Program-made: the position numbers and the translations under genes
In this document: positions 49,105 through 58,577 of the stretch, piece by piece
Position numbering within the stretch: the first letter of the stretch is position 1
How the letters are laid out: each line of letters opens with the position of its first letter
Notes under the pieces: generated by a model
What the model saw: the letters and a program-made list of their open reading frames with translations, nothing else
Told to the model about the DNA's origin: nothing
Databases searched by the model: none
Assembly: GCA_028716725.1 (NCBI GenBank)
Contig: JAQUPG010000001.1
Span: 47,660 to 111,659, forward strand
Direction of reading: 5' to 3'
DNA: 64,000 nucleotides
Source: Patescibacteria group bacterium
GTDB taxonomy: Bacteria; Patescibacteriota; Patescibacteriia; Patescibacteriales; JAQTRU01

Positions 49105-49965
49105 TTATTTTTTAAGTTTATATAATTCTAAGGTGTTTCTAAAAAGCATGGCAATAGTCAAGGGCCCGACGCCTCCGGGTACGGGCGTTATATAACCGGC
49201 TTTGTCCTTAACTTCAGCAAAGTCGACATCACCACAGACCTTTCCCGCTTTTTTGGTTATGCCAATGTCAATTACTATAGCTTCTTTTTTTATCATCTCT
49301 TTTTTTATGAATTTTGGCTTGCCGATAGCGGTAATTAAAATATCAGCTTCACTTGTTTCTTTACCTAAATTTTTGTCGCCGGATTTTATAGTTTTAACTT
49401 TTGCCTTCTGGCATTCTAAAATTTTTTCCAAACTTTTTCCGAAGATATCCGAGTTAGCAATAATACAAATTTTTTTATTTTTTAATTGATAACCTACACC
49501 GGAGAGCATTTCTAAAACAGCGGAAAAAACCGGAGAAATAAGATGATTATGATTACAGCTTCCCAAGATTATTTTTAAATTTTCTGGATGGAAGCAATCC
49601 ACGTCTTTCGACGGGTCAATGGCTTTTATAATCTTGTCAGTATCAAAACCTTTCGGCAAAGGCAATTGAACTAAGATTCCGTCAATTAATTTATCATTAT
49701 TTAAGCATTCTATGGTAGAGATAATTTTATTTTCTTCCGTGTTTTCCGGCAATTTGTAAGTATGGACATCGATTCCGACCCTTTTTGCTTCCTTTTCTTT
49801 TAAATTGACATAAAGTTTTGAATCTTCACGTTCCCCGATTAAAATAATCGCCAGATTGGGCCGTCTTTGGCAATCCGGTTTATTATTATTAAGTTCAAGA
49901 ATTTCTTTTACAATCTGGTCTTTAATTTTTTCCGCCAAAGCTTGGCCGTCAATTATTTTTCCCAT
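49105..49965 (-). CDS. folD: bifunctional methylenetetrahydrofolate dehydrogenase/cyclohydrolase
   Basis: Start set at MGKIIDGQALAEKIK; motifs VQLPLP and PVPGGVGP. Confidence 0.9.
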   Translation of the reverse strand: MGKIIDGQALAEKIKDQIVKEILELNNNKPDCQRRPNLAIILIGEREDSKLYVNLKEKEAKRVGIDVHTYKLPENTEENKIISTIECLNNDKLIDGILVQLPLPKGFDTDKIIKAIDPSKDVDCFHPENLKIILGSCNHNHLISPVFSAVLEMLSGVGYQLKNKKICIIANSDIFGKSLEKILECQKAKVKTIKSGDKNLGKETSEADILITAIGKPKFIKKEMIKKEAIVIDIGITKKAGKVCGDVDFAEVKDKAGYITPVPGGVGPLTIAMLFRNTLELYKLKK

Positions 49966-49973
49966 GTTGATTT

Positions 49974-51221
49974 TTAGATGCTGGGGATAGGGAAGTCTAA
50001 GCACATGTCCTTAACTTCTTTTTTAATCCTGCCTAAAATTTCTTCATTTTTTTTATTTTCCAAGGCTTCGTTAACCCACTTGGCGATTTGTTTTATTTCC
50101 GCTTCTTTCATGCCCCGAGTAGTAATTGCCGGGGTGCCAAATCTGACGCCGGAAGGCTTCATGGGCGGGTTCGGGTCATTGGGAATGGTAGAGCGGCTGA
50201 CAGAAATTCCGGCTTTGTTTAAAACATCCTCGGCTTCTCTCCCATTTAGTCCTTTTGAAGTCATATCAACTACCATTAGATGGTTGTCAGTGCCTCCGGA
50301 AACTATTTTGTAGCCCATGTTCAAAAATTCCTGGGCTAAAGTTTTAGCATTAGCCATGACTTGTTTGGCGTATTCTTTAAATTCCGGCTTTAAGGCCTCG
50401 CCGAAAGCCACGGCTTTGGCGGCCTGGATGTGGTCATGCGGGCCGCCCTGCATGCCGGGGAAAACAGCCCGGTCAACCTGCTTGGCGTATTTTTCCTGGC
50501 ACATTATCATGGCGCCTCTGGGCCCGCGTAAAGTTTTATGAATAGTAGTGGAAACAACGTCGAAAATCGGCACCGGATTATTCATTAAACCAGCCGCGAT
50601 TAGACCGGCGGTGTGGGCAATGTCAGCAAAAGAATAAGCCCCGACTTCATCGGCTATATCTTTAAATTTTTGCCATTCAATTTCCCGAGAATAAGCGCTA
50701 TAGCCGGCGACAATCATTTTTGGTTTCTCCCGCAAAGCGATTTCCCTGACTTTTTCCATATTGACCCGGCCGGTGTCTATATCTACTTCATATTGGACAA
50801 AATTATAAAGCATGCCGGAAAAATTTATGGGATGGCCGTGGGAAAGATGCCCGCCGTGGTCAAGCCGCAAACCCAAAACTTTATCGCCCGGTTTGATAAA
50901 GGCGAAATAAACCGCGGCGTTAGCCGGCGAGCCGGAAAGGGGCTGGACATTAACATGCTCGGCGGAAAATAATTTTTTCGCCCGCTCGATAGCAATATTT
51001 TCCACTTCATCAATTACTTGGTTTCCTCCATAATATCTATGCCCCGGATAGCCCTCGCTGTATTTATTAGTTAGGACCGTGCCCATGGCTTCCAGGACCG
51101 CTTTGGAAACATAATTTTCCGAAGCGATCAGTTCCATTTCCTCGCTTTGCCTTTTCATTTCTTTTTCAACCGAGGAGAAAACTTCCGGATCCTGGCTTGA
51201 TAAATTTTTATAAGATAACAT
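49974..51221 (-). CDS. glyA: serine hydroxymethyltransferase
   Basis: 415 aa with SENYVS, the TTHKTLRGPRG PLP-Lys motif and VTGGTDNH-like VSGGTDNH. Confidence 0.95.
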   Translation of the reverse strand: MLSYKNLSSQDPEVFSSVEKEMKRQSEEMELIASENYVSKAVLEAMGTVLTNKYSEGYPGHRYYGGNQVIDEVENIAIERAKKLFSAEHVNVQPLSGSPANAAVYFAFIKPGDKVLGLRLDHGGHLSHGHPINFSGMLYNFVQYEVDIDTGRVNMEKVREIALREKPKMIVAGYSAYSREIEWQKFKDIADEVGAYSFADIAHTAGLIAAGLMNNPVPIFDVVSTTIHKTLRGPRGAMIMCQEKYAKQVDRAVFPGMQGGPHDHIQAAKAVAFGEALKPEFKEYAKQVMANAKTLAQEFLNMGYKIVSGGTDNHLMVVDMTSKGLNGREAEDVLNKAGISVSRSTIPNDPNPPMKPSGVRFGTPAITTRGMKEAEIKQIAKWVNEALENKKNEEILGRIKKEVKDMCLDFPIPSI

Positions 51222-51280
51222 AGGTTTAATTTTTAAGAGTAAGTAGTATTTTTATAATAGGCTTAATATGGATTTTTATT

Positions 51281-51874
51281 TTATTTATGAAGTTTTTTGT
51301 AAGTCATCTTTTTCAATCCTTTCCACCAGTCTGTAAATTTTGTTTTTTTCATTTGTTCAATTAGAGCTTTGGCTGATTTGGTTTCTAAGGCTTTTTCCAC
51401 ATTGGCGATCCAGTTATCTAAAGAAGGATAACCCATATCCAAATATTCTTTAGCCTGAAAAGCGGTTTCCAGCCAGTCGGCGTCTTTGGCAATAATGCCT
51501 TCCCTGGTATTTCTTTCTTCGAATTCGGAAAAATATTTTTTCCATTTTTTCTCAATTTGCCCGCCTAAATTTTTTAACTGGTCGGAAAAAGCGTCATGTT
51601 CGGCCTGTTGGTTGTCAAAATATCTTGCCCCGACTTTGTTTTGGTCGCCAATACGGACTTCGCCATTATCGTGAATTAGAATTATTGCAGCCACCTTTTC
51701 CGGATTGGCATTCCCCTCCATTACAGCCAGAATATAACCGATTTGAGCAGCTCTCATTACATGTTCGGCTATGGTATCCGGGTCTTTTATGCCAGCCAGC
51801 TGAAAGCCGCTATGTCTCTGGCGTTTTAGCTGGTTTAATTCAAAAATAAAATTAACGATATTTTTTATGGCCAT
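51281..51874 (-). CDS. HD-domain hydrolase (YfbR-like 5'-nucleotidase family)
   Basis: H..HD..E..D pattern (AEHVMRAA, LIHDNGEVRIGD). Confidence 0.75.
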   Translation of the reverse strand: MAIKNIVNFIFELNQLKRQRHSGFQLAGIKDPDTIAEHVMRAAQIGYILAVMEGNANPEKVAAIILIHDNGEVRIGDQNKVGARYFDNQQAEHDAFSDQLKNLGGQIEKKWKKYFSEFEERNTREGIIAKDADWLETAFQAKEYLDMGYPSLDNWIANVEKALETKSAKALIEQMKKTKFTDWWKGLKKMTYKKLHK

Positions 51875-51957
51875 ATAATTAAGATTAATAATCTATATTT
51901 ACTTTATCATTTTTGCCTGATTTGTCAAAAAAATGGCCTGCTTTAAAGAGCAGGCCG

Positions 51958-52134
51958 TTATTTTTGGCATTCGGGGCAGGTTTCATGGTTAAAGGTGTAA
52001 CTATTTTCAGCATTAGCAATAATCATTTCAACTCTTGCTTTAGTATTCTCTGATGGTGGTTCCCATTTTCCATCCAAGAACACGTTTTCACATTCTTTGC
52101 AGGTTGTTATTACTATAGTTTCTCCCGTTGGCAT
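51958..52134 (-). CDS. small zinc-ribbon protein, 58 aa, absent from ORF track
   Basis: MPTGETIVITTCKECENVFLDGKWEPPSENTKARVEMIIANAENSYTFNHETCPECQK*. It has an SD (aaAGGAGaaaaa) and a terminator ggcctgc/gcaggcc directly after the stop. Confidence 0.65.
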   Translation of the reverse strand: MPTGETIVITTCKECENVFLDGKWEPPSENTKARVEMIIANAENSYTFNHETCPECQK

Positions 52135-52279
52135 TTTTTCTCCTTTACAAAGAGCATTGGGTGTATTGGGGGCGATATGGCGATATATTAAATTATCACT
52201 TAAAATTTACTTTGTCAAATTTTGGCAAAAGAAAAAGCGCCCATATCTTTGCGGACAGGGCGCGTTGAGGTTCGCCCGC

Positions 52280-52387
52280 TTAAAGGGCGGAGAAGTCAGC
52301 AGGGTAGATAAGAACCATAAAGGTTAAGACGCAGAAAAGGGCAAAGGCATACAAACATTTTCCGATTATCCTGATAATTTTTTTCAT
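52280..52387 (-). CDS. possible 35-aa membrane peptide
   Basis: MKKIIRIIGKCLYAFALFCVLTFMVLIYPADFSAL*. The SD GAGGAG overlaps the Elp3-like stop, and a terminator-like gcgccc/gggcgc hairpin lies downstream. Confidence 0.35.
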   Translation of the reverse strand: MKKIIRIIGKCLYAFALFCVLTFMVLIYPADFSAL

Positions 52388-52391
52388 CTTT

Positions 52392-53960
52392 CTACTCCTC
52401 TCTGAGGGTTTTTACCATATAGGTATTTTCTAATTTGTAGCCAAGTTTTTTGTAATATTCCCTGACTCCTATTCCGGATATTACAATAATTTTTTTAAAT
52501 CCGCAACCACGGGCGATTTTTTCCGCTTCAAACATTAATTTTTTTCCCAAACCGGCGTGCTGGACTTTTTTATTTTTGCCGACCGGAACCAATTCGCCGT
52601 AAACGTGCAGCTCACGGATAATAGCCCTATCATCTAACCGTAATCGGCAAAAACCATAAAGAGTTTTTTTATCTTTAGATTCATAACTAATAAAATATTC
52701 TTGTCCGCCGGAAGCTTTATATTTTTTAATGAACAGTTTCAGGTCGCTGGTTTTAAATTGTCTATTTCCTACTTCCCGGCAGCGGACGCAATTGCATTTT
52801 ACTCCCTTATCTTTCATAATCTGCCGCAGATTAGTAATAATATTTCCGGCGATAATTGATTCTTTGGGAATGTCCCGGATTAACCTGATGATGCGAACGT
52901 AAGGCGGGATTATTTTTTTGCATTTTATAATTAAATTTTGCAACTGTTTATCCGAATATGGTTTGTATTTTCCCTCCCTCCACCATTTATAGAGTAAACT
53001 GCCGCGGGTAACGACCGTTGGATAAAATTTAATCTGGTCCGGCTGAAAGCGCTCATCAGAAAAAAGTTTTTTAAACATTAAAAAATCCTTGGCCGGAGTG
53101 GAACCGGGCAGGCCGGGCATGATATGATAGGTGACTTTGAAGCCGAAATCTTTAAGAAGTTTCGTGGCTTTGGCAATCTCGGCTATGCCATGGCCGCGCT
53201 TGTTTAAAGCCAAAATTTTATTATCAATCGCTTGCACTCCTAACTCTACTCGCGTACAACCGAGTTCCCTCATCTGCCAGAGCTCTTTTTCGTTAATATA
53301 ATCCGGCCGGGTTTCTAAAGTGATGCCGATAAGGCGGTATTTTGCTTTTTCATTTTTACTTTGTTCTTTAACCAATTCTTTTTTTAATTTTTTAATTTTG
53401 ATTTTTGAATTGTACTTTCGACTTTTGACTTTCGACTTTTGACTAAAATTATTCGCCGCCGCGAAACAATTTTTTATGAACCAGTATTTATATTTCTCTG
53501 GCAAGACGCTCCAAGTTGCGCCGATGACAATCAATTCAATTTTGTTCGGCTCGTGGCCGTTAGCTTCCAAAGCGCGCAGGCGGAGCTGGACTTGCTTGTA
53601 TGGATCGTAATGGCAAAGAATTGCCCGCATTACCGCCGGTTCATTAGACAAATAACTTTGCGGCACGCCTTTTTCCGAAGGGCAATAAACGCATTTGCCT
53701 GGGCAGGGGTAGGGCTTTATTAAAACCGCTACGGGCGCAATCCCCGACATTGTTCGCATCGCCCTTTTGCGAAGGATTCTTTCTAAGGTTGGATTGTCTT
53801 TTATTTTTTTTGCAGTTTTAAGCTCTTGGTATTTTTTCAAAATATCAGAGTTAAGCAGAATGCCAATCTTAAATTTCTTCGCCACTTTTCTTTTAGCCGC
53901 GGTCAATTCGTCCCCTGATTTTATGTTTAATTTTAGCAGTTCTTCGATTGCTTTTTCCAT
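52392..53960 (-). CDS. Elp3-like radical SAM / GNAT acetyltransferase (tRNA U34 modification family)
   Basis: 522 aa. CPGKCVYCP radical-SAM Cys triad, ETRPD, and a C-terminal GNAT block (QHAGLGKKLMFEAE). It contains a repeat-encoded K/S-rich insert. Confidence 0.85.
   Translation of the reverse strand: MEKAIEELLKLNIKSGDELTAAKRKVAKKFKIGILLNSDILKKYQELKTAKKIKDNPTLERILRKRAMRTMSGIAPVAVLIKPYPCPGKCVYCPSEKGVPQSYLSNEPAVMRAILCHYDPYKQVQLRLRALEANGHEPNKIELIVIGATWSVLPEKYKYWFIKNCFAAANNFSQKSKVKSRKYNSKIKIKKLKKELVKEQSKNEKAKYRLIGITLETRPDYINEKELWQMRELGCTRVELGVQAIDNKILALNKRGHGIAEIAKATKLLKDFGFKVTYHIMPGLPGSTPAKDFLMFKKLFSDERFQPDQIKFYPTVVTRGSLLYKWWREGKYKPYSDKQLQNLIIKCKKIIPPYVRIIRLIRDIPKESIIAGNIITNLRQIMKDKGVKCNCVRCREVGNRQFKTSDLKLFIKKYKASGGQEYFISYESKDKKTLYGFCRLRLDDRAIIRELHVYGELVPVGKNKKVQHAGLGKKLMFEAEKIARGCGFKKIIVISGIGVREYYKKLGYKLENTYMVKTLREE
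53415..53443 (-). repeat. GTCAAAAGTCGAAA x2 tandem repeat inside the Elp3-like CDS
   Basis: Plus strand reads ctttcgacttttgactttcgacttttgac. It encodes part of SQKSKVKSRKYNSKIKIKKLKK. Confidence 0.8.
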
Positions 53961-54004
53961 GCCAGTTTGTTATTATTTAATATATAATACTTAACCATAA
54001 ATCT

Positions 54005-55174
54005 ATGACAAAAACAAGGTTAGCGATCATTTTTTCTTTTATTCTGCTTTTGGCCTTGCCCTTGGGGGTAGAAGCATTCGCGGTAAAAACCGGGGATTCC
54101 GTCTATGTCCCGGAAGGCGAAACCATAGAAGGCAATCTTTATTCCGCGGCTGCCAATATTACGGTTGACGGGACGGTTAAGGGCGACGTCATCTGCGCCG
54201 GCCAGTCGATTAATATCAACGGAAAAGTAGAAGGCGACGTCATCTGCGCCGGCCAGTCGATTAACGCTAAAGGCGAAGTCGGCGGAAACATCAGGGTAGC
54301 TGGGAATTCTATTAATTTAGGGGGGAAAATCGCCCGAAATGTTAATGCTTTCGGCGCTTCTATTATTTTGGATAAAAATGCAGAAATAGGCTGGAGCCTG
54401 CTTTTTGCCGGAGCCACCGCGGAAATAAGAGGTAAAGTCGGCGGTGATTTGTATGGCGCTGGCCCCAAAGTTACCATTGCCGGAGAAGTTGGCAAGGATG
54501 TAAGGATAAAATTAAACGATAGAATACGCGCGGAGAAAAAAGGGATTAGTTATGAAAATAAAGGCGAGCTTTTATCTGTTTCCGATGAGGCTAAAATTGG
54601 CGGCAATTTAACTTATACCGGCAGCAATGAAGCGGTTATTTCCGATAAAGCTTCGGTCGGAGGCGAAGTAAAACATAATCTACCTAAAATAGAAAAGGGC
54701 GGAGGAAATAGATTTGTCGGCTGGTTTTGGGGAAAACTATATGCAGTTTTTGCCGCCCTTGTGATTGGCTTAGTATTAATTAGTCTTTGGCGCAAGCAGA
54801 TTCTAGAATTAACTGATAAAATGATAGAAAGGGTTGGAGCTTCAATCGGCTGGGGAATAGTGGTTATGTTTTTAGCTCCGATTATCGCTATTTTATTGCT
54901 ATTTACTGTTATTGGCATCCCTTTAGCTTTGTTGCTTCTTGGCATCTGGATAATCGCCTTGTTTATAGGTAAAATTTTGGCCGGCATTATGATCGGCCGG
55001 GCGGTTTTGGGAAGATTATGGAAAAAGAAAAAAGATTCTTTAATTTGGGCCATGATTGTCGGTATTGTTATTTGCTGGTTTATTTTCTCCGTGCCTTTTG
55101 TCGGCTGGATTTTAGGTTTAATCGCAGTTTGGTGGGGTCTCGGAGGAATCTGGCTTGCTTTTAAGAAAGCTTAA
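54005..55174 (+). CDS. membrane protein with bactofilin-like beta-helix repeats
   Basis: Signal/TM N-terminus, repeated G-D-V-I-C-A-G-Q-S-I-N units (a tandem DNA duplication at about 54183-54266), and four C-terminal TM helices. Confidence 0.65.
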   Translation: MTKTRLAIIFSFILLLALPLGVEAFAVKTGDSVYVPEGETIEGNLYSAAANITVDGTVKGDVICAGQSININGKVEGDVICAGQSINAKGEVGGNIRVAGNSINLGGKIARNVNAFGASIILDKNAEIGWSLLFAGATAEIRGKVGGDLYGAGPKVTIAGEVGKDVRIKLNDRIRAEKKGISYENKGELLSVSDEAKIGGNLTYTGSNEAVISDKASVGGEVKHNLPKIEKGGGNRFVGWFWGKLYAVFAALVIGLVLISLWRKQILELTDKMIERVGASIGWGIVVMFLAPIIAILLLFTVIGIPLALLLLGIWIIALFIGKILAGIMIGRAVLGRLWKKKKDSLIWAMIVGIVICWFIFSVPFVGWILGLIAVWWGLGGIWLAFKKA

Positions 55175-55239
55175 ACAAAATTTGTATATTTAAAAAGCGG
55201 GCTTCTAAAAAGAAGTCCGCTTTGCGTTTCCCTTATAAA

Positions 55240-55857
55240 TCATTTAAAGAAAAGATTGTATTCAACCGCCAGGATTTTTTTGCCCTGGCCTATTTGCCAG
55301 CCCGGCCAAACAACCAGATGGCCCGACCCGACCGGGAAGGAAAAAGTCGGTCCGGTAAAAGGCTTATAATTTTTTTCCCACCAGACCGCCTCAACATGAA
55401 TTGCTAACCAATTGTACTTGAAGTCGTGTTCGTAATAGTATTGGTCGGCTGCCCAATGGAAGATTTTGTTCCTGGCGATGTCTTTTATTTCATTCACGGA
55501 TAAAAGTTGGAATTTTCCGTGTTCGAGAAAAAGCACCAGGGCCTGCTGGTCTACGTATTTTGCTCCGGTTCTCGAAGAGTCCGGGGCGCTTATATTGAGG
55601 CCAGCCCGTAGCTTTAACGCCCCGCCGGGAATATTAATTTTCGGCCCGAATTCAAGCAGGGCATACTTGCCCGTGGGCGATACTTCTACGAAACTAGTCC
55701 AACCCGCAAGATCAATCCACTGCCAGTCGTGGAAATGGTCAAGTTTCAGCGAAGCTGAATTCCCGAGCATAAAACGGGAATCAAATATATTTTGGGAAAG
55801 GGCATTATTGCTGGAAAGTAGAGTAGCCAGAACGAGTAAGACTAATAATTTTTTCAC
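55240..55857 (-). CDS. secreted hypothetical protein, beta-rich, aromatic C-terminus (205 aa, GTG start)
   Basis: Signal peptide MKKLLVLLVLATLLSSNNALSQ, SD AAGGAG upstream of the GTG, C-terminus ..VEYNLFFK. Confidence 0.6.
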   Translation of the reverse strand: MKKLLVLLVLATLLSSNNALSQNIFDSRFMLGNSASLKLDHFHDWQWIDLAGWTSFVEVSPTGKYALLEFGPKINIPGGALKLRAGLNISAPDSSRTGAKYVDQQALVLFLEHGKFQLLSVNEIKDIARNKIFHWAADQYYYEHDFKYNWLAIHVEAVWWEKNYKPFTGPTFSFPVGSGHLVVWPGWQIGQGKKILAVEYNLFFK

Positions 55858-55948
55858 TGAAAATCTCCTTTGTGATAATTAATTTTAACGAACATTTAAC
55901 ATAAGAGTAAAGCATAATTTTTATAATATGTCAATGATTAAAGGTAAT

Positions 55949-56934
55949 GTGCACACACATCTTGCACTTTCTGGTAATCTAGGGGCATATGTCAAAAACT
56001 ATGCCCAAATCAACTCAAGAAGAGAAATACAGATGGATTAAGCCCATTCTGGGCAAAGAAATAAGCATTAAGCAGATGGCTAAGGTGTGCTCGTTCTCTG
56101 AAAGAGCATTAAAGTATTGGCTGGCCAATTTCAGGCTATACGGAAGGGCGGGATTAGAGAATAAATCTACCCGGCCCAAGAGTCAGCCGAATGAGACCCC
56201 AATTAGGATTAAAGAGCGGGTAATAGAACTGCGAAATGAAACCAAACTCTGCGCTAAGAAGCTAAACTACAAATTAAAAAAAGAGAATATATTAATTCAT
56301 GACCGCACGATTGGAAAAATAATCAAAACCGAAGGGTTGGTTAGAAAATACCGAATCAGGAAATTGAAATATAAATATGTGAAACTGCCGTTGGCGGCAG
56401 GCGAATTGGTGGAGATTGATATTAAGTTTGTGCCTAAAAGATTGGGGAATAAACGCTATTACCAGTTTACGGCCATAGACTGCGCTACCAGGTGGAGATA
56501 TTTAAAAATTTACGATAATATGGGCAATGGCCAGGCGATTGATTTTTTTGAGGAATTAAAATCAATGGCTCCGTTCAGAATCAGAACAATTAAAACGGAT
56601 AATGGCAGCTGTTTCACTAATCGCTATACCGGTTACCTGAGATCGGCCGATCCTTTAAACCCGAGATTGCATCCCTTTGATTTATGCCTAATGGAAGAAA
56701 ATAATATATTACATTATTTGATTGATCCGGGCAAGCCGGCCCAGAACGGCAAAGCGGAGAGGAGCCACCGGACAGACCAGGAGATGTTTTATGATAGACG
56801 CAAATTTAAAACTGTATTAGGATTAAAACGAGCGCTTAAACAATGGAATAATAATTACAATAATTTAGAACATTGCGCTCTGGACGGCCTCACTCCAAAT
56901 GAGGCTTTGGCTAGAGTGCAAAATGTCTGTGCCT
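55949..56934 (+). mobile_element. IS481-family insertion sequence (single ORF, DDE/rve)
   Basis: Imperfect terminal inverted repeats gtgcacacacatcttgcact (55949-55968) and agtgcaaaatgtctgtgcct (56915-56934). The right IR overlaps the transposase stop, as is typical for IS481. The exact ends and target duplication were not resolved. Confidence 0.75.
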
Positions 56935-56936
56935 AA
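55989..56936 (+). CDS. IS481-family transposase (HTH + rve integrase core)
   Basis: 315 aa with the D (EIDIKF), D (IKTDNGSCF), E (NGKAERSH) triad and an N-terminal HTH. Confidence 0.9.
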   Translation: MSKTMPKSTQEEKYRWIKPILGKEISIKQMAKVCSFSERALKYWLANFRLYGRAGLENKSTRPKSQPNETPIRIKERVIELRNETKLCAKKLNYKLKKENILIHDRTIGKIIKTEGLVRKYRIRKLKYKYVKLPLAAGELVEIDIKFVPKRLGNKRYYQFTAIDCATRWRYLKIYDNMGNGQAIDFFEELKSMAPFRIRTIKTDNGSCFTNRYTGYLRSADPLNPRLHPFDLCLMEENNILHYLIDPGKPAQNGKAERSHRTDQEMFYDRRKFKTVLGLKRALKQWNNNYNNLEHCALDGLTPNEALARVQNVCA

Positions 56937-57017
56937 AACATTGATAATTTAGAGAGGTTTGTTTTTTTAGTGAAAGTAGAGTAAGATTATTTATATAAAT
57001 TATCAAAAAATAAAAAT

Positions 57018-58358
57018 ATGGCTTTAAATCCAAAAATTTTTAAATCATATGATATTAGGGGAATTTACCCGGATGAGCTGGATGAAGAAACGGCTTTTAA
57101 GATTGGTCAAGCTTATGCGCAAATAACAAAAGCTGAAACAATTTTAGTGGGGCGAGATATGCGTATCGGGTCTCCGGAATTATCAAAAGCCGTAATTGAG
57201 GGTGTGCTAAGCCAGGGCGTTAATGTTTATGATACTGGGATGATTTCTTGCGATGGAGTTTATTTTGGGGTTGGGAAAACTTATGATGCTGGCGTATATA
57301 TTACGGCTTCGCACAATCCCAAAGAGTATAATGGGATGAAATTTCCCATTCATGGTTCGTCTGGAATGAAATGGCTTAGAGGCGCGGAATTATATGAATT
57401 TATGAGAGACAAAACATTCGCAGTGGCGAGCGGAAAAGGTAAGTTAATAGAACGTGATATTACCCCAGAATATATTGAGCATGTTTTATCCTTCGCGGAT
57501 TTGAAGAAAATAAGACCATTAAAGATAGTAATTGATGCGGGGAACGGAATGGCCGGAAAAATCGCGCCCCTACTTTTTAAAAAACTACCTGGGGAAATAA
57601 TCCCTTTAAATTTTACCTTAGACGGAACTTTCCCGGGGCATCCTTCTAATCCTTTATTGCCTGAATCGCAAGTTGAAATTTCTAAAAAAGTAGTTGAAAC
57701 CCGTGCTGATTTTGGCATTATTATGGATGGCGATACGGATCGATTATTTTTTGTAACTGAAAAAGGAGATTTTATCAGGGCTGATGTTACTTTGATTCTT
57801 TTAGCTAAACATTTTTTGAAGCATAATCCCGGGGTGGGCATAGCTTATAATTTAATTTGTAGCCGGGCTGTTCGGGAAAGAATTGCTGAATGGGGAGGCA
57901 GGCCATTGCGTGCAGCTGTTGGCTATGTAAATGTGGCTGAAGCTATGAGAAATGGGCAAGGAATCATGAGTGGCGAAGTTTCGGCCCATTATGCCTTCAG
58001 AGATAATTACTATGCCGATTCCGGATTTATCGCCCTCATGATTTTAATTTCCTTAATCTCGGAAGAAAATAGGAAATTATCAGACATTATGGAAGGCCTA
58101 AACCCTTATTTCCGGTTAGATGAAATAAATTTTAAAACTGACAAGATGCAAGAAATAATTGCCGCCGCCCGGGAAAAATTTAAAGACGGCCAGCAGAATG
58201 AATTGGACGGCTTAACGGTTGAATATAAAGACTGGTGGCTGAATATCCGGCCGTCAAATACCGAACCCTTGCTGCGGATTACGATTGAAGCCGAGACAAA
58301 AGAAATAGCGGCCGAAAAAGAAAAAGAGGTAAGGAAATTTTTAGAGGAGAACCTTTAA
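57018..58358 (+). CDS. phosphomannomutase/phosphoglucomutase
   Basis: TASHNPKEYNG phosphoserine loop and DGDTDR metal loop; 446 aa. Confidence 0.9.
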   Translation: MALNPKIFKSYDIRGIYPDELDEETAFKIGQAYAQITKAETILVGRDMRIGSPELSKAVIEGVLSQGVNVYDTGMISCDGVYFGVGKTYDAGVYITASHNPKEYNGMKFPIHGSSGMKWLRGAELYEFMRDKTFAVASGKGKLIERDITPEYIEHVLSFADLKKIRPLKIVIDAGNGMAGKIAPLLFKKLPGEIIPLNFTLDGTFPGHPSNPLLPESQVEISKKVVETRADFGIIMDGDTDRLFFVTEKGDFIRADVTLILLAKHFLKHNPGVGIAYNLICSRAVRERIAEWGGRPLRAAVGYVNVAEAMRNGQGIMSGEVSAHYAFRDNYYADSGFIALMILISLISEENRKLSDIMEGLNPYFRLDEINFKTDKMQEIIAAAREKFKDGQQNELDGLTVEYKDWWLNIRPSNTEPLLRITIEAETKEIAAEKEKEVRKFLEENL

Positions 58359-58426
58359 ATAAGACGGAGAAATAAGAAATAGTCTCGAGGGCTCGGGGGT
58401 TGTTTTTTATTTAAAAATATGCTAAC

Positions 58427-58450
58427 ATAATTTTGAACTCCTCGGGGAGT
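58427..58450 (+). terminator. terminator of PMM/PGM gene
   Basis: aactcc-tcgg-ggagtt followed by a T-run. Confidence 0.75.
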
Positions 58451-58461
58451 TTTTTAAATTA

Positions 58462-58535
58462 GCACTCGTAGCTCAACTGGATAGAGCGCTTGGCTTCGGA
58501 CCAAGAGGTTGCAGGTTCGAGTCCTGCCGGGTGCA
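58462..58535 (+). tRNA. tRNA-Arg (UCG)
   Basis: Acceptor GCACTCG/CGGGTGC, anticodon stem-loop CTTGG-CTTCGGA-CCAAG, T-arm GCAGG-TTCGAGT-CCTGC. Confidence 0.9.
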
Positions 58536-58577
58536 CTTTGCGCAAGAGACCAAGAAATCAACAACGAATCAATAACT

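Noticed and set aside
52097-52327. 76-aa plus-strand ORF, and 1561..1758 and 1231..1488
   Set aside because: They have no SD or promoter, overlap better-supported minus-strand small genes or leader structures, and have implausible composition.
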